Source: Anaeramoeba ignava BMAN
Lineage: Eukaryota; Protista; Anaeramoebae
DNA length: 64,000 nucleotides
Direction of reading: 5' to 3'
NCBI GenBank assembly: GCA_028826165.1
Contig: JAPDFW010000100.1
Coordinates: 62,001-126,000, forward strand
The notes beneath the pieces are model-generated. The model worked only from the letters and a program-made list of their open reading frames with translations, made no database searches and had not been told where the DNA came from. Positions 50,966 to 63,203 of the stretch are shown piece after piece. Within the stretch, counting starts at the first letter, position 1; the number at the start of each line of letters is the position of its first letter. The translations under genes were made by a program, and so were the position numbers.

Positions 50966-52461
50966 ATGTTTCAAAAAAATATTAATTTTTTTCAAAAACA
51001 AAAAATTCCAAAATCAAATTTAAAAGATTTTCAATTAAATTCTTGGTTTTCTTTCTTTTCTTTAAATTCAAATTCAAATTCAAATTCAAATTCAAATTCA
51101 AATTCTTCCTTTTTCCCTTTAAAAATTTCAATTTCAAAAATTCAAAATATTCCTTTTTTTTTATTTAAAGATTTAAAAATGAAAAGGAAAATTTCAATTT
51201 TTTCCTTTTCATTTCTCTTTTTGATCAATCAAATAGATCTTTTTTTGGTTCAACTTGGAAAAAACAAATTTTAATTTCAAAAGAAAAAGAAAAAGAAAAA
51301 GAAAAAGAAAAAGAAAATTCAATTTCAATTTTGATTAAAGAATCAATTTTTGGATTCCTTTCTGAAAATGAAAATTTAGTTATAGTTTTAGAATTTGCTT
51401 TACAGAAAAATTTCAATAAAATTCAAAAAGAAATTTATGGAATTGGATGGTCAATTATCAAACCATTTAGTGAAGAAAATTTATCAATTTGGAATAAAAT
51501 AATTAGTATTCCACTTTTTAATGGAACTCCAAGATCACTTTTAATTCTTCAAAATCCAACAAAATTAATTAAAGATTGTTATATTCATCTTTATTTACAA
51601 AAAACAGAAATGATCAAAGAAATTCTTCATTTAGTTCCAATCAATTTCTTCTTTTCTAAATCAGATAATATTCCTGGAATTAGTAAATCACTTGGGAATC
51701 ATTTCAAATTGAATCCATTAATTAATTTGTCATTTAAAATTCAATTATTTTTCCAAAAAAATTTTGAATTGGAACTTTTGGATTGTTTGATCAATTCCAT
51801 TTTTCTCAATTTTTATCAAGAATTTAATCAAGAAATTTCAAACAAAATCAAAAAATCAATTAAAATAGAACAAAGGAAATTATCAATAGAAGTTCATAAC
51901 GGATTAAAAAGCATAAGGAAATTGGGAGAATTCTTTCTTGATTTGGAAAAAAAAGATGAAAAAATAATTTTAAATTTACCAGGTCCAATTCATGTTATTA
52001 ATCAAATTCGAAAAAATCCTTTTTTTGTTTTAAAATTAGAGTTGATTTACTTGATTGATTTTGGTAATTTTTCTTCAATTCAAAAACATTTGGAAAAGAA
52101 ATCTTGTGAACTTTTTTGTAATTTGATTAATCAAGAAAAAGTGGAATTTCCTTTTTTCATTTCAATTTCAAAAGGAATATTTTTTCCTTTTACAACAAAA
52201 GGAGTTTTAAGAAAAGAAGAAATGATAATTCCTATGTTAACAAATGAACAAATCAAAATGAGAATCCAAACTAATCTAATCAAAAAAGAGAAACAATTTC
52301 CAAAAACCATTTTCCCAATTAAACTTGAAAATTCAGAAGGAAATTTAAATAAAAATTTAGAAGAAAATTTAGAAGAAAATTTAGAAAGAATTCAAAAATA
52401 CAGAGAAGAAATTAAAGAATTGGAAATTAGAAGAAAATTTGAAAATCATTTTTGGAAATGA
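50966..52461 (+). CDS. NPHP4: Nephrocystin-4-like protein, N-terminal C2 region only; one frameshift near 51175 (error or pseudogene)
   Basis: ISLFDQSNRSFFGSTW, LVIVLEF, GIGWSII, LFNGTPRSLL and IEQRKLSIEVHNG resemble NPHP4 motifs recalled from memory (SLFD…FFGRTW, LYHGTPRALL, ERRLRVGVHNG). One extra A in the 51175-51179 run joins the two ORFs. Confidence 0.7.
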
Positions 52462-52559
52462 TTCAATTAACTCTTTTTGAATAAGTTTTGAAAAAAATAT
52501 TAAAATCAACATTTAAATTTTCTAGAAAGAAAGAATTTATTTATTTATTTATCCAAATT

Positions 52560-55096
52560 CTATATTTGATTAGCTGAAAAAAGCAGTTCTAAAGATCCTA
52601 ACAAAACAGAAAGATCTTTTTGTATTGCAACTTCGTTTTTAACTTTAAGAAGAAGTTGGTCGAAAAGATCATCAACTAAGGGAGATTCACCAATAACACG
52701 AGAATATAAATCAAGAATAGTATTTGTTGTATGGATTAGTATTTTGGAATATACTGGAGTTGAAATGTTTTTGATTAAAAAATTGAGGATTGGTTCAAGT
52801 GATCTATCATCTCGACCAGAAAGAGCGCGAGATAAGCCTTCTCTATAAACTAAATCCTCAATAATACTGATTATAATTTCTTTGTTTTTTGTTTCTAGTG
52901 CAGCATCAAGAGCTTGTCCGTATTTGAATTTTTTTAATAGTCGATCAAAACGAGATAATCTTTGTCTTGGTTTTTCAGGTTTATAATCAAAATTATCTGT
53001 TTTAAGAGTTGTATCTTTATTTTGTGGTTTTGCTATTGAAAGACCAGAACCATGGATGAAAAATTGATAATTTTGTTTTTTTTGAAGGTTTTTATTTTGA
53101 AGATCGACAGAATCACTTGATTTTCTATGTCTAATGGAAAGAAGACCGTTTGACATACCTACAACAAGATGACTATCATTTGGCTTTTTAAACGAATTTA
53201 TATTTTCAATTTTGATTTAAATTTATATTTTCAATTTTGATTTAAATTTTCAAATATACATACAGATACTCCAAGTGATAAAATAGGTGCAACAAATTTC
53301 ATTGTATGAAGTGTTTCAAAAGTACTTAAAGAATAAACTTTAACTAATTGGTCAATTCCAGCAGATAAAAGTCTTTCACCAGATTTTGCAAGGGAAAGAG
53401 AAGTAATAGCCTTTTGATGATTAGTAAAACTAGTAAGTTCTTTTCCACCTGCTAAAATATCCCAAATATGAACCTCATTCCCACTTGAAGAAACAATCAT
53501 TGTTGTGGATTTAAAAAGTAAAACACTTTGAACAGGTTCTTTATGTTGAAGAGTCAAAATTGAAGATTTTTTATTTGAACTTTTATCAGAAACTCTGATA
53601 TCCCATAATTTAACAGTATGGTCATAAGATCCTGTTGCAAATATTGCTGGGTTATCTGAGCTTTCATATCCAGATCGAACATAATCTTGATGTTCAATAA
53701 ATTGTTGTGTAGATTGACCTGTTGGAATATCCCAAACACGAACTGTTTTATCATCGCTTCCTGAAATAACTTGGGTATTTGACATTAAAAATTTCGTAAA
53801 ATGAACAGGACTATTAACGAGATATTTTTGAATTAATTTTGAATTGATTTTAATTTTGAATTTAATTTTGAATTGATTTTAATTTTGAATTGATTTTAAT
53901 TTTGAATTGATTTTAATTTTGAATTTAATTTTGAATTGATTTTGAATTGATTTTAATTTAATTTTGAATTTAATTTAATTTTGAATTGATTTTAATTTAA
54001 TTTTGAATTGATTTTAATTTTGAATTTAATTTTGAATTGATTTTGAATTGATTTTGAATTGATTTTGAATTTAATTTTGAATTGATTTTAATTTTGAATT
54101 GATTTTAATTTAATTTTGAATTTAATTTAATTTTGAATTGATTTTAATTTTGAATTGATTTTAATTTTGAATTGATTTTAATTTTGAATTGATTTTAATT
54201 TAATTTTGAATTAATTTTAATTTTGAATTGATTTTAATTTAATTTTGAATTGATTTTAATTTTGAATTGATTTTAATTTAATTTTGAATTGATTTTAATT
54301 TTGAATTGATTTTAATTTAATTTTGAATTGATTTTAATTTTGAATTGATTTTAATTTAATTTTGAATTGATTTTAATTTTGAATTTAATTTTGAATTTAA
54401 TTTTGAATTTAATTTTGAATTAATTTATTAATTTTGAATTGATTTTAATTTTGAATTGATTTTAATTTTGAATTGATTTTAATTTAATTTTGAATTTAAT
54501 TTTGAATTTAATTTATTAATTTTGAATTTAATTTTGAATTTAATTTATTAATTTTGAATTTAATTTATTAATTTTGAATTAATTTAATTTTGAATTTAAT
54601 TTTGAATTACCCTTGATGTCCTGTTAATTTTCTTAATGGTTCACTATTTTTTTGTGATTCAAAAACTTTAATAACTGGATGTTCATCTCCAGCAACAATT
54701 AATTTTCCATCAGATCTAAAACTACCTCCATATGGTATTTTTTTAAATTTAGTAATTGATCTTATTAAAGAATTTGAACTTGAAGAAAAAATGCCAACAT
54801 TTGTTGATGATGCCACTGCAAAATCATAAGGATTTACAGGAGAAAAATGAATATTGGTTACTGGTCCATTTAATTGAGAAACAACGGGAAACTAATAAAT
54901 TTTATAAAAGATAAGTTTAATTTTAATTTTAATTTTAATTTTAATTTTAATTTTAATTTTAAATTTTAATTTTAATTTAAATTTTAATTTGGTTTTGTTT
55001 TACTTGAAATTTTTTCCAATATCTTTCTTCTTTTGTTGGTTGTTTTTTACGAGATCTTTTAGGCATAGTTGCTATTCTTTTAAATTCAACAGCCAT
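52560..55096 (-). CDS. UTP15: U3 snoRNA-associated protein 15 (WD40 + UTP15 C-terminal domain)
   Basis: Exons 55096-55004, 54891-54611, 53810-53264, 53183-52560. EERYWKKF, FRSDGKL, HQDYVRS, TGSYDHTVKLWD, HQKAITSL, ALSGRD. Confidence 0.93.
53826..54608. repeat. (AATTTTGAATTGATTTT)n-type satellite in UTP15 intron 2
   Basis: 11-17-mer variant array. Confidence 0.9.
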
Positions 55097-55224
55097 TTTT
55101 ATTATTCTTTTTAAAAAAGAAAAAAATGAAAAAAATGAAAAAAAAAATGATTTACTTAATTTGTAAAAAAAAATTTTTTTGAAAAGAAAAAAAAAAAGAA
55201 AAGTAAAAATTCCTTATTTTAAAG

Positions 55225-58200
55225 TTAAAATTTAAATTCATAATTTAAATTCATAATTTGTTGTTCAAGATCTTGAAAAATTGTTGACTGACTTGGAAAT
55301 TGGATTTTTAATTCGGATTCTTTTCTTTCTTGAATAATATATTTTAAATATTCAGAATTAAATTGAAAAAAATCATGACAATCAAGAATATCTTGCAAAG
55401 TATTTGAATCAATATTAGTTTCAATTGTTCCTGTATAAATATAATGAATAATATGATAAATTGTTAAATAAGATTTCCCAGTTAAATCAAAATATTCTTG
55501 AATATCAGAATTAGAAAGTAAATTTCTATAATATGGACTTCTTGCAAATAAAATGAGCTTATGAACCTTTATAGATTGTAAATTATTAGTGTTAATAATA
55601 GTAAGTGATTGTTCATTTGATTGTTCATTTGATTGTTCATTTGATTGTTCATTTTTAATTTCAATTTTAATTTCAAAATCACAAAATTCTTTTGATTTGA
55701 AAAGTTTTTCCATATCGGAAATAAATTGTGATTCAGCCATCACTTGAGTTACTTTTTTCTCAATAAAGGGATAAGCATCTCTTCTTGTCATTGCTTCTTC
55801 AATTTTCGTAAGACAACCAGGATTTGTTGTTGCCAAATTTTCAAATGCATCAACATTTGAAAATAATTCTTCTTGATTTCCACGAATATAATTTAAAACT
55901 ATATTAACAGAATTTTCTCTTTTGTATTTCTCGAACAGAATCAGCATTTCAATGCAATTATTTGGGGATAATCTTTCGCGAGTTAAATTATATTCTGCTT
56001 GATCAACAAGAAGATCCAAACCAAGTTCTATCGCCAATTCAAACAAGGAAATCAACTCTTTGTTTGCAAGTTTTGTAATGGTTGAGTTTTCTAATTTTCC
56101 TGAGTAAATATTATCAACCACAAGATGAATAATTTTCAAATCGATTGAACTCATTGTTTCAATAAATTTCTGCTGGTTTTCCGAGTTCCAGTTTCTGCAT
56201 CGCGTTTGCATAATTAAGGAATGAAGATGGAAAGTATTTGTTGTGGTTGTTGTTTCGTTGTTTGTGATATTGAGTTGAATATCGGAAAATTTATCTGTTT
56301 GTAATAGATTTCTGAAATCTTCAAAAATGGGATTTTTTGGCGAGTCTAACTGGAAAAAATGTATTTCATTTGAGCAATCTGTATTATCATTGAGTCGATT
56401 TCCACCAAAGATAACCACCGAATTCTGATAAACATTTGCTGAGTATCCAATAAGACCTGGAGGTTGATTGAATGAATTTCGAATTATTTGTCTCTGTTGA
56501 TCTTTTAAATTGATTGAGATTAAATTATCCGAAATTTGCTTTGTTTTGGGATTTGAACCTCCAAAAACCATCAAGTTATCATTAATAACAACAGGAGATG
56601 TGAATTCAAATTCGTCGAATGAATCTTGGTTATATTTTGCTTCTTGAAACCAATCAAATCCAAACGCATCCAAATCAAATTTTTCGCTTAAATTTTCAAT
56701 TTGAATTGGATTGAAAACAAGATTTTGGTTTTCCAAATGGTTCATTTCAAGGAAATAGAGTTTGTTTTGAGAAAGAAAATATAACTTTTCATCATGAAAA
56801 ATTCTTGGGTTTGTTAATAATGGATTTGGAATTGATTTGGAATTGATTTGCATTGAAGAAAACGATTGATTTTCGAAATTGTAAGAATAAAGTGTGAGAT
56901 TGTTTAATGAATTTTGGCTTCCTCCAAATATAAATAATGTGTCTTTATAAAGAAATAGATAAGGGAATGAAACCTCAGGAATTGGGTCACCACCATTTGG
57001 AAGATTGCTCCATTCAAAACTTGTTAAATCGAGTGAAAAAAGTTGATTTGATAAACCAGCTTTTGTTTTTCCACCAAAAATGATTAACGAATTGTTTCTT
57101 AAAACAGAACCCATTCCAAATCTTGGAGAAGGGATATCGCCTTTTACTTCGTGAGATTCCCATTTTTGGGATTGAAAACCAAATGACAAAAGATCATTGA
57201 AATAATTGTCTTGATTTAATCCTCCAAATACCCATAACTTTTCCTTATAAATAACTGAGCAATGAGCACTTCTTCCTTGGATTTGATGTTGAGTTGGAAG
57301 AGTGAATTCTATTAAATCATTTAAGCATTCAAACTCATTGCAAGCGCCACCAAAAATAATAAGTTTGGTTTCTGTTTCTGATGAGAATTCTACTGCTGTG
57401 TGCTTATCTAATTTACGGAAAAAAAATAAATATATTTATTAAATATTTCTATTTATATATATATATATATATTTTTTTTACATCTTTGAAGTGTTGATTG
57501 AAAATTTCTAATTTCTCTAAAAGTTAATGCTAAAGGATCAAAAATATAAAAACCATTTGTGATTATAGATTCACTTGAACAACCACCAAAAACAACAATT
57601 TTATTGCCAATATTTGTAATACTATGTCCAATTACAGAAGGAGGTTTAGGTCCAAAAATTTGTAGTTGATTTGACCAAGTGTTTTTATTCAAATCATAGA
57701 AATAACACATTTGAAAATTCATATCAAAAATATATAGTTTGTTATTGAAAAAGAATGAAGATAGAGAATCCATTTTTGATGGTGGATTTGAGAGTTTTTT
57801 CCACTTGTTTTCGTTAAATGAATATGAATATAAATCAAATAAGAAATCTCCATCATTATCAAGTCCTCCATAAATAATCATTTGGTTATCTTCTGTAACA
57901 TATGCCGAATGAAGCATCCTTGGTGATGGGATATCTCCAGTAGGATTAATTTGTTGCCAAGTTTTTGATTCTAAATTTTTAATTTTAATATTAATTTTTT
58001 AATTTAATTTGAATTGAATTGAATTTAATTTAATTTAATTTTTACCAAAATTAAAACATGCAATTTCATTTGTATAAATTTCATCAATAGAAGAACCACC
58101 AAAAATCCACATTTGATTAGAATAAATAACAGCTGAATGTCCATTTTTTCCTTCTGGTTTTGCTCCTTCTTGATTTATTAATTCCCATTGATATGTTTCT

Positions 58201-58492
58201 TAATTTCAAAAATTATTAATTTTATTATTAAATTATTAATAAAATTATTATTAAAATTATTATATTTATTATTATTAAAATTATTACTTAAATCTAAAGC
58301 ATAAATATCATTATAAGTTTCTTCAAATAATTTCATTCCTGAATATAAATACATTTTTCCTTTATAAATAACACTTGAATGAGCAACTCTTTGTTTAGGT
58401 AAATTATTGATATCATTTTGATAAATTTGTTGAGATTTAAAACCACTACACCAACGTGGATATGGTGAATAACAATTAGAAAGAAATTCCAT
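55225..58492 (-). CDS. Kelch-repeat protein with two BTB domains (LZTR1-like)
   Basis: Exons 58492-58288, 58198-58046, 57970-57482, 57407-55225. Repeated PxxR.HS…IFGG Kelch motifs; BTB motifs FSDI…HSLIMQTRC and FCDF…VHKLILFARSPYY…YIYTG. Confidence 0.88.
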
Positions 58493-58493
58493 A

Positions 58494-58605
58494 AATGAAA
58501 AATGAAAAATGAAAAATGAAAAATGAAAAATGAAAAATGAAAAATGAAAAATGAAAAATGAAAAATGAAAAATGAAAAATGAAAAATGAAAAATGAAAAA
58601 TGAAA
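58494..58605 (-). promoter_or_regulatory. Tandem (TTTTTCA)n array immediately 5' of the Kelch-BTB start codon; candidate amplified initiator (Inr) elements
   Basis: About 15 copies of a 7-mer. The same TCATTTT motif lies just upstream of most start codons in the window, always in the sense orientation. Confidence 0.5.
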
Positions 58606-58741
58606 AAAATTTTTGAGTTTTTTGGAATTGAATTGTTTTAATAAAAGAAAAAAGAAAAGGAAAAGTTGAAATTTTTTGCTTTCATTGTAGATTTTGAATT
58701 TGATTTTAATTTTGATTTCGATTTTAAATTTGGAATTGGAA

Positions 58742-61472
58742 TTATTTTTTCCTCTTTCCAAGTTTATATCCAGTTCCAGCAAAAGCAACAAAATTGGATT
58801 TTTCAGCTTCTTCTTTCTTTCTTCTTTCTTCTTCTCTCTTTCTATCCTCTTCAGCTTTTTTGATTTTCTCTTCAAACTCTTTTTTCTCTTCTTCAGTCAT
58901 TTTTTTGACACCTCTTCCAAATCTTTTAACAATTTTCTCTTCTTTTTGATCATTCTTTAAATTCTCATTTTCATTCTCCATTTCATTTGTATTTTCTTTT
59001 CCACCAATTTCAATTGATTTTGTTTTAATCATTTTTTGCTTTTTTGCTTTTTCTTTTTCTTTTTCTTTTTGTTTTTCTTCTTTTTCTTCCATTTTTTTCT
59101 TTTGCTCAATTTGCTTCTTGATTTCTTCTTCAGTCAATGGAATAACAGGCTTGTTGCTTATTCTGTAACCAGCACCAGCAAAGGGGACAAAAATCTTTGG
59201 CTCTTCTTTCTTCTGGTTGTCATCATCTTCGGAATCTAGTTCTGATTCTGAAGTCGATTCACTTTCCGAATCACTTTGAGTTTCATCTTTTTTATTTTGC
59301 TTCTCAATTTCCATTTCCTTTTGTTTTTTCTCAATTTCATCCAACTCATTAACAGCAGGAGCGAATTCAACATTACAATCCGCGCCAACAATATTAACTG
59401 CGAGACCTGGTTTGGTTTCCAGGACGTTGAGATAATAATCCTTTTTATTATAATGAATTTTAAAAGTATCTCCAGTTGTCAAACAATTAAATTTTCGAAG
59501 ACTGTGTTCTAATACAACTTTTGGATTCGCAATTCTCCTTACAAAACTTGATGAATGTGGTTGAATTTTTAAAAATGTTCCTTTTGGTAGTTTAACTGAA
59601 TTCAAAACTACTTGATTTCCCATACTTAATCCGATTGTGTCCATCATCCAATCGGGTATGTAACATTTTCCTTCATCTGCTATGAATTCTAATACTCCAC
59701 AATGTGTTTTTTTACCTGTTGTCGGATTTGTTAGTGCGAATTCATAGGGTAATTCAATTCCTGCATCTGTTAATTCGAGTAAAATATGTGGTGAAAGAAC
59801 AACTATTGATTTTTAATTTCAAAATGAATTATAAATTTAATTTCAAAATTAATTTCAAAATTAATTTCAAAATGAATTATAATTTTAATTTCAAAATGAA
59901 TTATAAATTTAATTTCAAAATTAATTTCAATTTTAATTTCAAAATGAATTATAAATTTAATTTCAAAATGAATTATAAATTTAATTTCAAATTGAATTAT
60001 AATTTTAATTTCAAATTGAATTATAATTTTAATTTCAAAATGAATTATAAATTTAATTTCAAAATTAATTATAAATTTAATTTCAAATTTAATTATAAAT
60101 TTAATTTCAAAATTAATTATAATTTTAATTTCAAAATTAATTATAAATTTAATTTCAAAATAAATTATAAATTTAATTTCAAAATGAATTATAAATTTAA
60201 TTTCAAAATGAATTATAAATTTAATTTCAAAATGAATTATAAATTTAATTTCAAAATTAATTATAAATTTAATTTCAAAATGAATTATAATTTTAATTTC
60301 AAAAATAAATTATAAATTTAATTTCAAATTGAATTATAAATTTAATTATAAATTTAATTTCAAAATGAATTATAAATTTAATTATAAATTTAATTTCAAA
60401 ATTAATTATAAATTTAATTTCAAATTTAATTATAAATTTAATTTCAAAATTAATTATAAATTTAATTTCAAAATTAATTATAAATTTAATTTCAAAATGA
60501 ATTATAAATTTAATTTCAAAATTAATTATAAATTTAATTTCAAAATTAATTATAAATTTAATTTCAAAATTAATTATAAATTTAATTTCAAAATGAATTA
60601 TAAATTTAATTTCAAAATGAATTATAAAATTAATTATAAATTTAATTTCAAAATTAATTTCAAAATGAATTTCAAAATTAATTATAAATTTAATTTCAAA
60701 ATTAATTTCAAAATGAATTATAAATTTAATTTCAAAATTAATTATAAATTGAATTATAAATTTAATTTCAAAATTAATTATAAATTTAATTTCAAAATTA
60801 ATTATAAATTTAATTTCAAAATTAATTTCAAATTTAATTTCAAAATGAATTATAATTTTAATTTCAAATTGAATTATAATTTGAATTATAAATTTAATTA
60901 TAAATTTAATTTCAAATTTAATTATAAATTTAATTTCAAATTTAATTATAAATTTAATTTCAAATTTAATTATAAATTTAATTTCAAATTTAATTATAAA
61001 TTTAATTTCAAATTTAATTATAAATTTAATTTCAAAATTAATTATAAATTTAATTATAAATTTAATTTCAAATTGAATTATAATTTTAATTTCAAAATGA
61101 ATTATAAATTTAATTTCAAAATTAATTATAATTTTAATATTAAATTTAATTTCAAATTGAATTATAATTTTAATTTCAAAATTAATTATAAATTTAATTT
61201 CAAAATTAATTATAAATTTAATTTCAAAATTAATTATAAATTTAATTTCAAATTGAATTATAATTTTAATTTCAAATTGAATTATAAATTTAATTTCAAA
61301 ATTAATTATAAATTTAATTATAATTTTAATTTCAAATTTAATTATAATTTTAATATTAAATTTAAAAGGTTTTCTCTTCCAAACTTTTTCCTCCATTAAC
61401 AAAATCTCTATTTGATTTTTTTAAAGTAGATGCAGGATAAGCTCTAATTATTTTCCCAAAACGACGCATCAT
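58742..61472 (-). CDS. UFD1: Ubiquitin fusion degradation protein 1 homolog
   Basis: Exons 61472-61385 and 59802-58742. GGKIVLSP, THCGVLEFIADEGKCYIPDWMM, LPKGTFLKIQP, CLTTGD, two SHP boxes (FAGAGYRI, FAGTGYKL). Confidence 0.93.
59810..61362. repeat. 24-mer satellite (AATTTCAAAAT[G/T]AATTATAAATTT) in the UFD1 intron
   Basis: About 1.55 kb array; gives spurious stop-free ORFs on both strands. Confidence 0.92.
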
Positions 61473-61574
61473 TTTTAAAAATGAAAAATGAAAATGAAAA
61501 AAATGAAAAAAATGAAAAAAATTTTTTTGAATTATTTTAAGAACTTTAAAAAAAAAAGAATTGAAAAAGAAATT

Positions 61575-63072
61575 CTAAATGAAAAAAGTTTCAACTTCAT
61601 CAACTTCAATAAAACTTCCAGCTAAATAATGTTGATTGTCAAATGAATCAGGATCAATTCCTTTAGGAAGTTGATAACTATAACCTAAATTTGAATATCC
61701 AGATGATATGTTATCAGATAAAGCCAAATCAGCACCTCCTCCAAAAATTGGACCATGATAAAAATAATTATATAAAAGAGCAGATGATTCTTTTCCTTTT
61801 TTAATTGGTAATTTTTCAGGTTTTCGATCTCCTTTATCATTTCTTATTGAAAAAATAAATGCTTTTGGATCTTCAATATAGAAGCTTTGTTCATGATTAT
61901 CATCAGATAATTTTAGCATTAGTGGTAAACTGCTTTTAAATCCAACTGATGTATATCCTCCAAAAATAAAATTATCTTTTGTTTTGATAAGAACTAATGT
62001 TTTCCCTTTATTATCACAAATTTCATGCCAAATTTGACAATTATTTCCTTCTTTTTGTAATGAAAACCCTTTTTTCATTTTGAAAAAGAATTTATCATCA
62101 TTTATCCATTTTCTTAATAACTTGAAATACTCTCTTTGTTGAAGTATTGTTGATTCAAGTTTAAATCTTGGTTTGAAAATGATTGAATTGTTCTTTCGAA
62201 TAAATTCTCTCCTTTTTTTTGCATTTTTTCGATCATTTTGAAGTTTTTGGAATTGAATTAATTTTTGTGAAATTTGATTTGGAATTAAATCTTCTTTCAA
62301 AATATCTTTAAGTTCTTTTTTTGAGAAATCAATAAATCTGATTTTATAAATAAGATTTGAAATTTGATTTTGTAATTGTTCTTTTTCTTCTTTTTCAAGT
62401 TTTTGATTTTCTTTTTCTTGATTAATATTTGATTTATGTTTTCCCCATTTTATTATTAATTGGAAAAGTTCAAATTCTTTTTTTGAAATATTTTCATTTG
62501 ATAATATTGAATTTAAATGATTTTCTTCAAGTTCAAGAAAAAAAGGAGTTTCAACAAATTCGTTAAATTTTCGAAAAATAAATTCATAAGAAAGATCCGT
62601 TAATTCAGTCAAGTTCATTGATTCAGATAATTTAAGAATATCAACAACATTTTCAATTTTAAAACGATATTTGAGAAAATCTGTTACAGATTCAATTAAT
62701 TCATCAATTAAATATTTTGATGAAAACATTAAAATTTGAACAACATTTTCTAAACTAATTTCAATTTTTCCTGAATAAAGATAATTCAAAATTGAAGATA
62801 AAATTGAACTTGGAACATCTTTTAGAATTAATTTATTTTCTTGATATTCTTTCATTTTTGAATTTAAAAGAGATTTGAAATATTGACTTCTTGATGAAAG
62901 AATTGCTTTATGAGTTTTAAATGAAGTTTTATCTTGTTCACAAATTATTTCAAAATCAAAATAACTTTCTTCATTTTTCATTTTGATTTTGAAATAAATT
63001 TTTTAAATCATTTGAAAGTTTTTCTAAATTTGGACAAATTTCTGATGGGTCTAGATCTAAATCTAATTCCAT
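61575..63072 (-). CDS. BTB-BACK-TLDc domain protein; the likely true start 63072 is separated by a 1-nt frameshift near 62980
   Basis: DFEI…HKAILSSRSQYF…YLYSG (BTB); IIKWGK (BACK); WHEICDNKGKTLVLIKT…FGGYT, GPIFGGGADL (TLDc). The upstream frame encodes LEKLSNDLKNLF, the usual pre-BTB helix. Confidence 0.88.
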
Positions 63073-63203
63073 TTTTATTTTGAAAAAATGAAAAATGAAA
63101 AAATGAAAAAAATGAAAAAATGAAAAAATGAAAAAATGAAAAAATGAAAAAATGAAAAAATGAAAAAAAATTTTTGATTTGAATTTTAATTTTGATTTTA
63201 ATT

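Noticed and set aside
59704-61402. Long stop-free ORFs on both strands (NYKFNFK / IINFEIKF repeats)
   Set aside because: Translations of the 24-mer satellite inside the UFD1 intron.
62970-62990. Euplotes-style programmed +1 frameshifting (AAA-TGA in BTB-TLDc; GAA-TAA and AAA-TGA in the ALIX tail)
   Set aside because: The shifts need different directions, the NPHP4 shift has no adjacent stop, most sit in or beside A-runs, and stops arise quickly in any AT-rich off-frame. Homopolymer assembly errors are far more likely; a read pileup would settle it.
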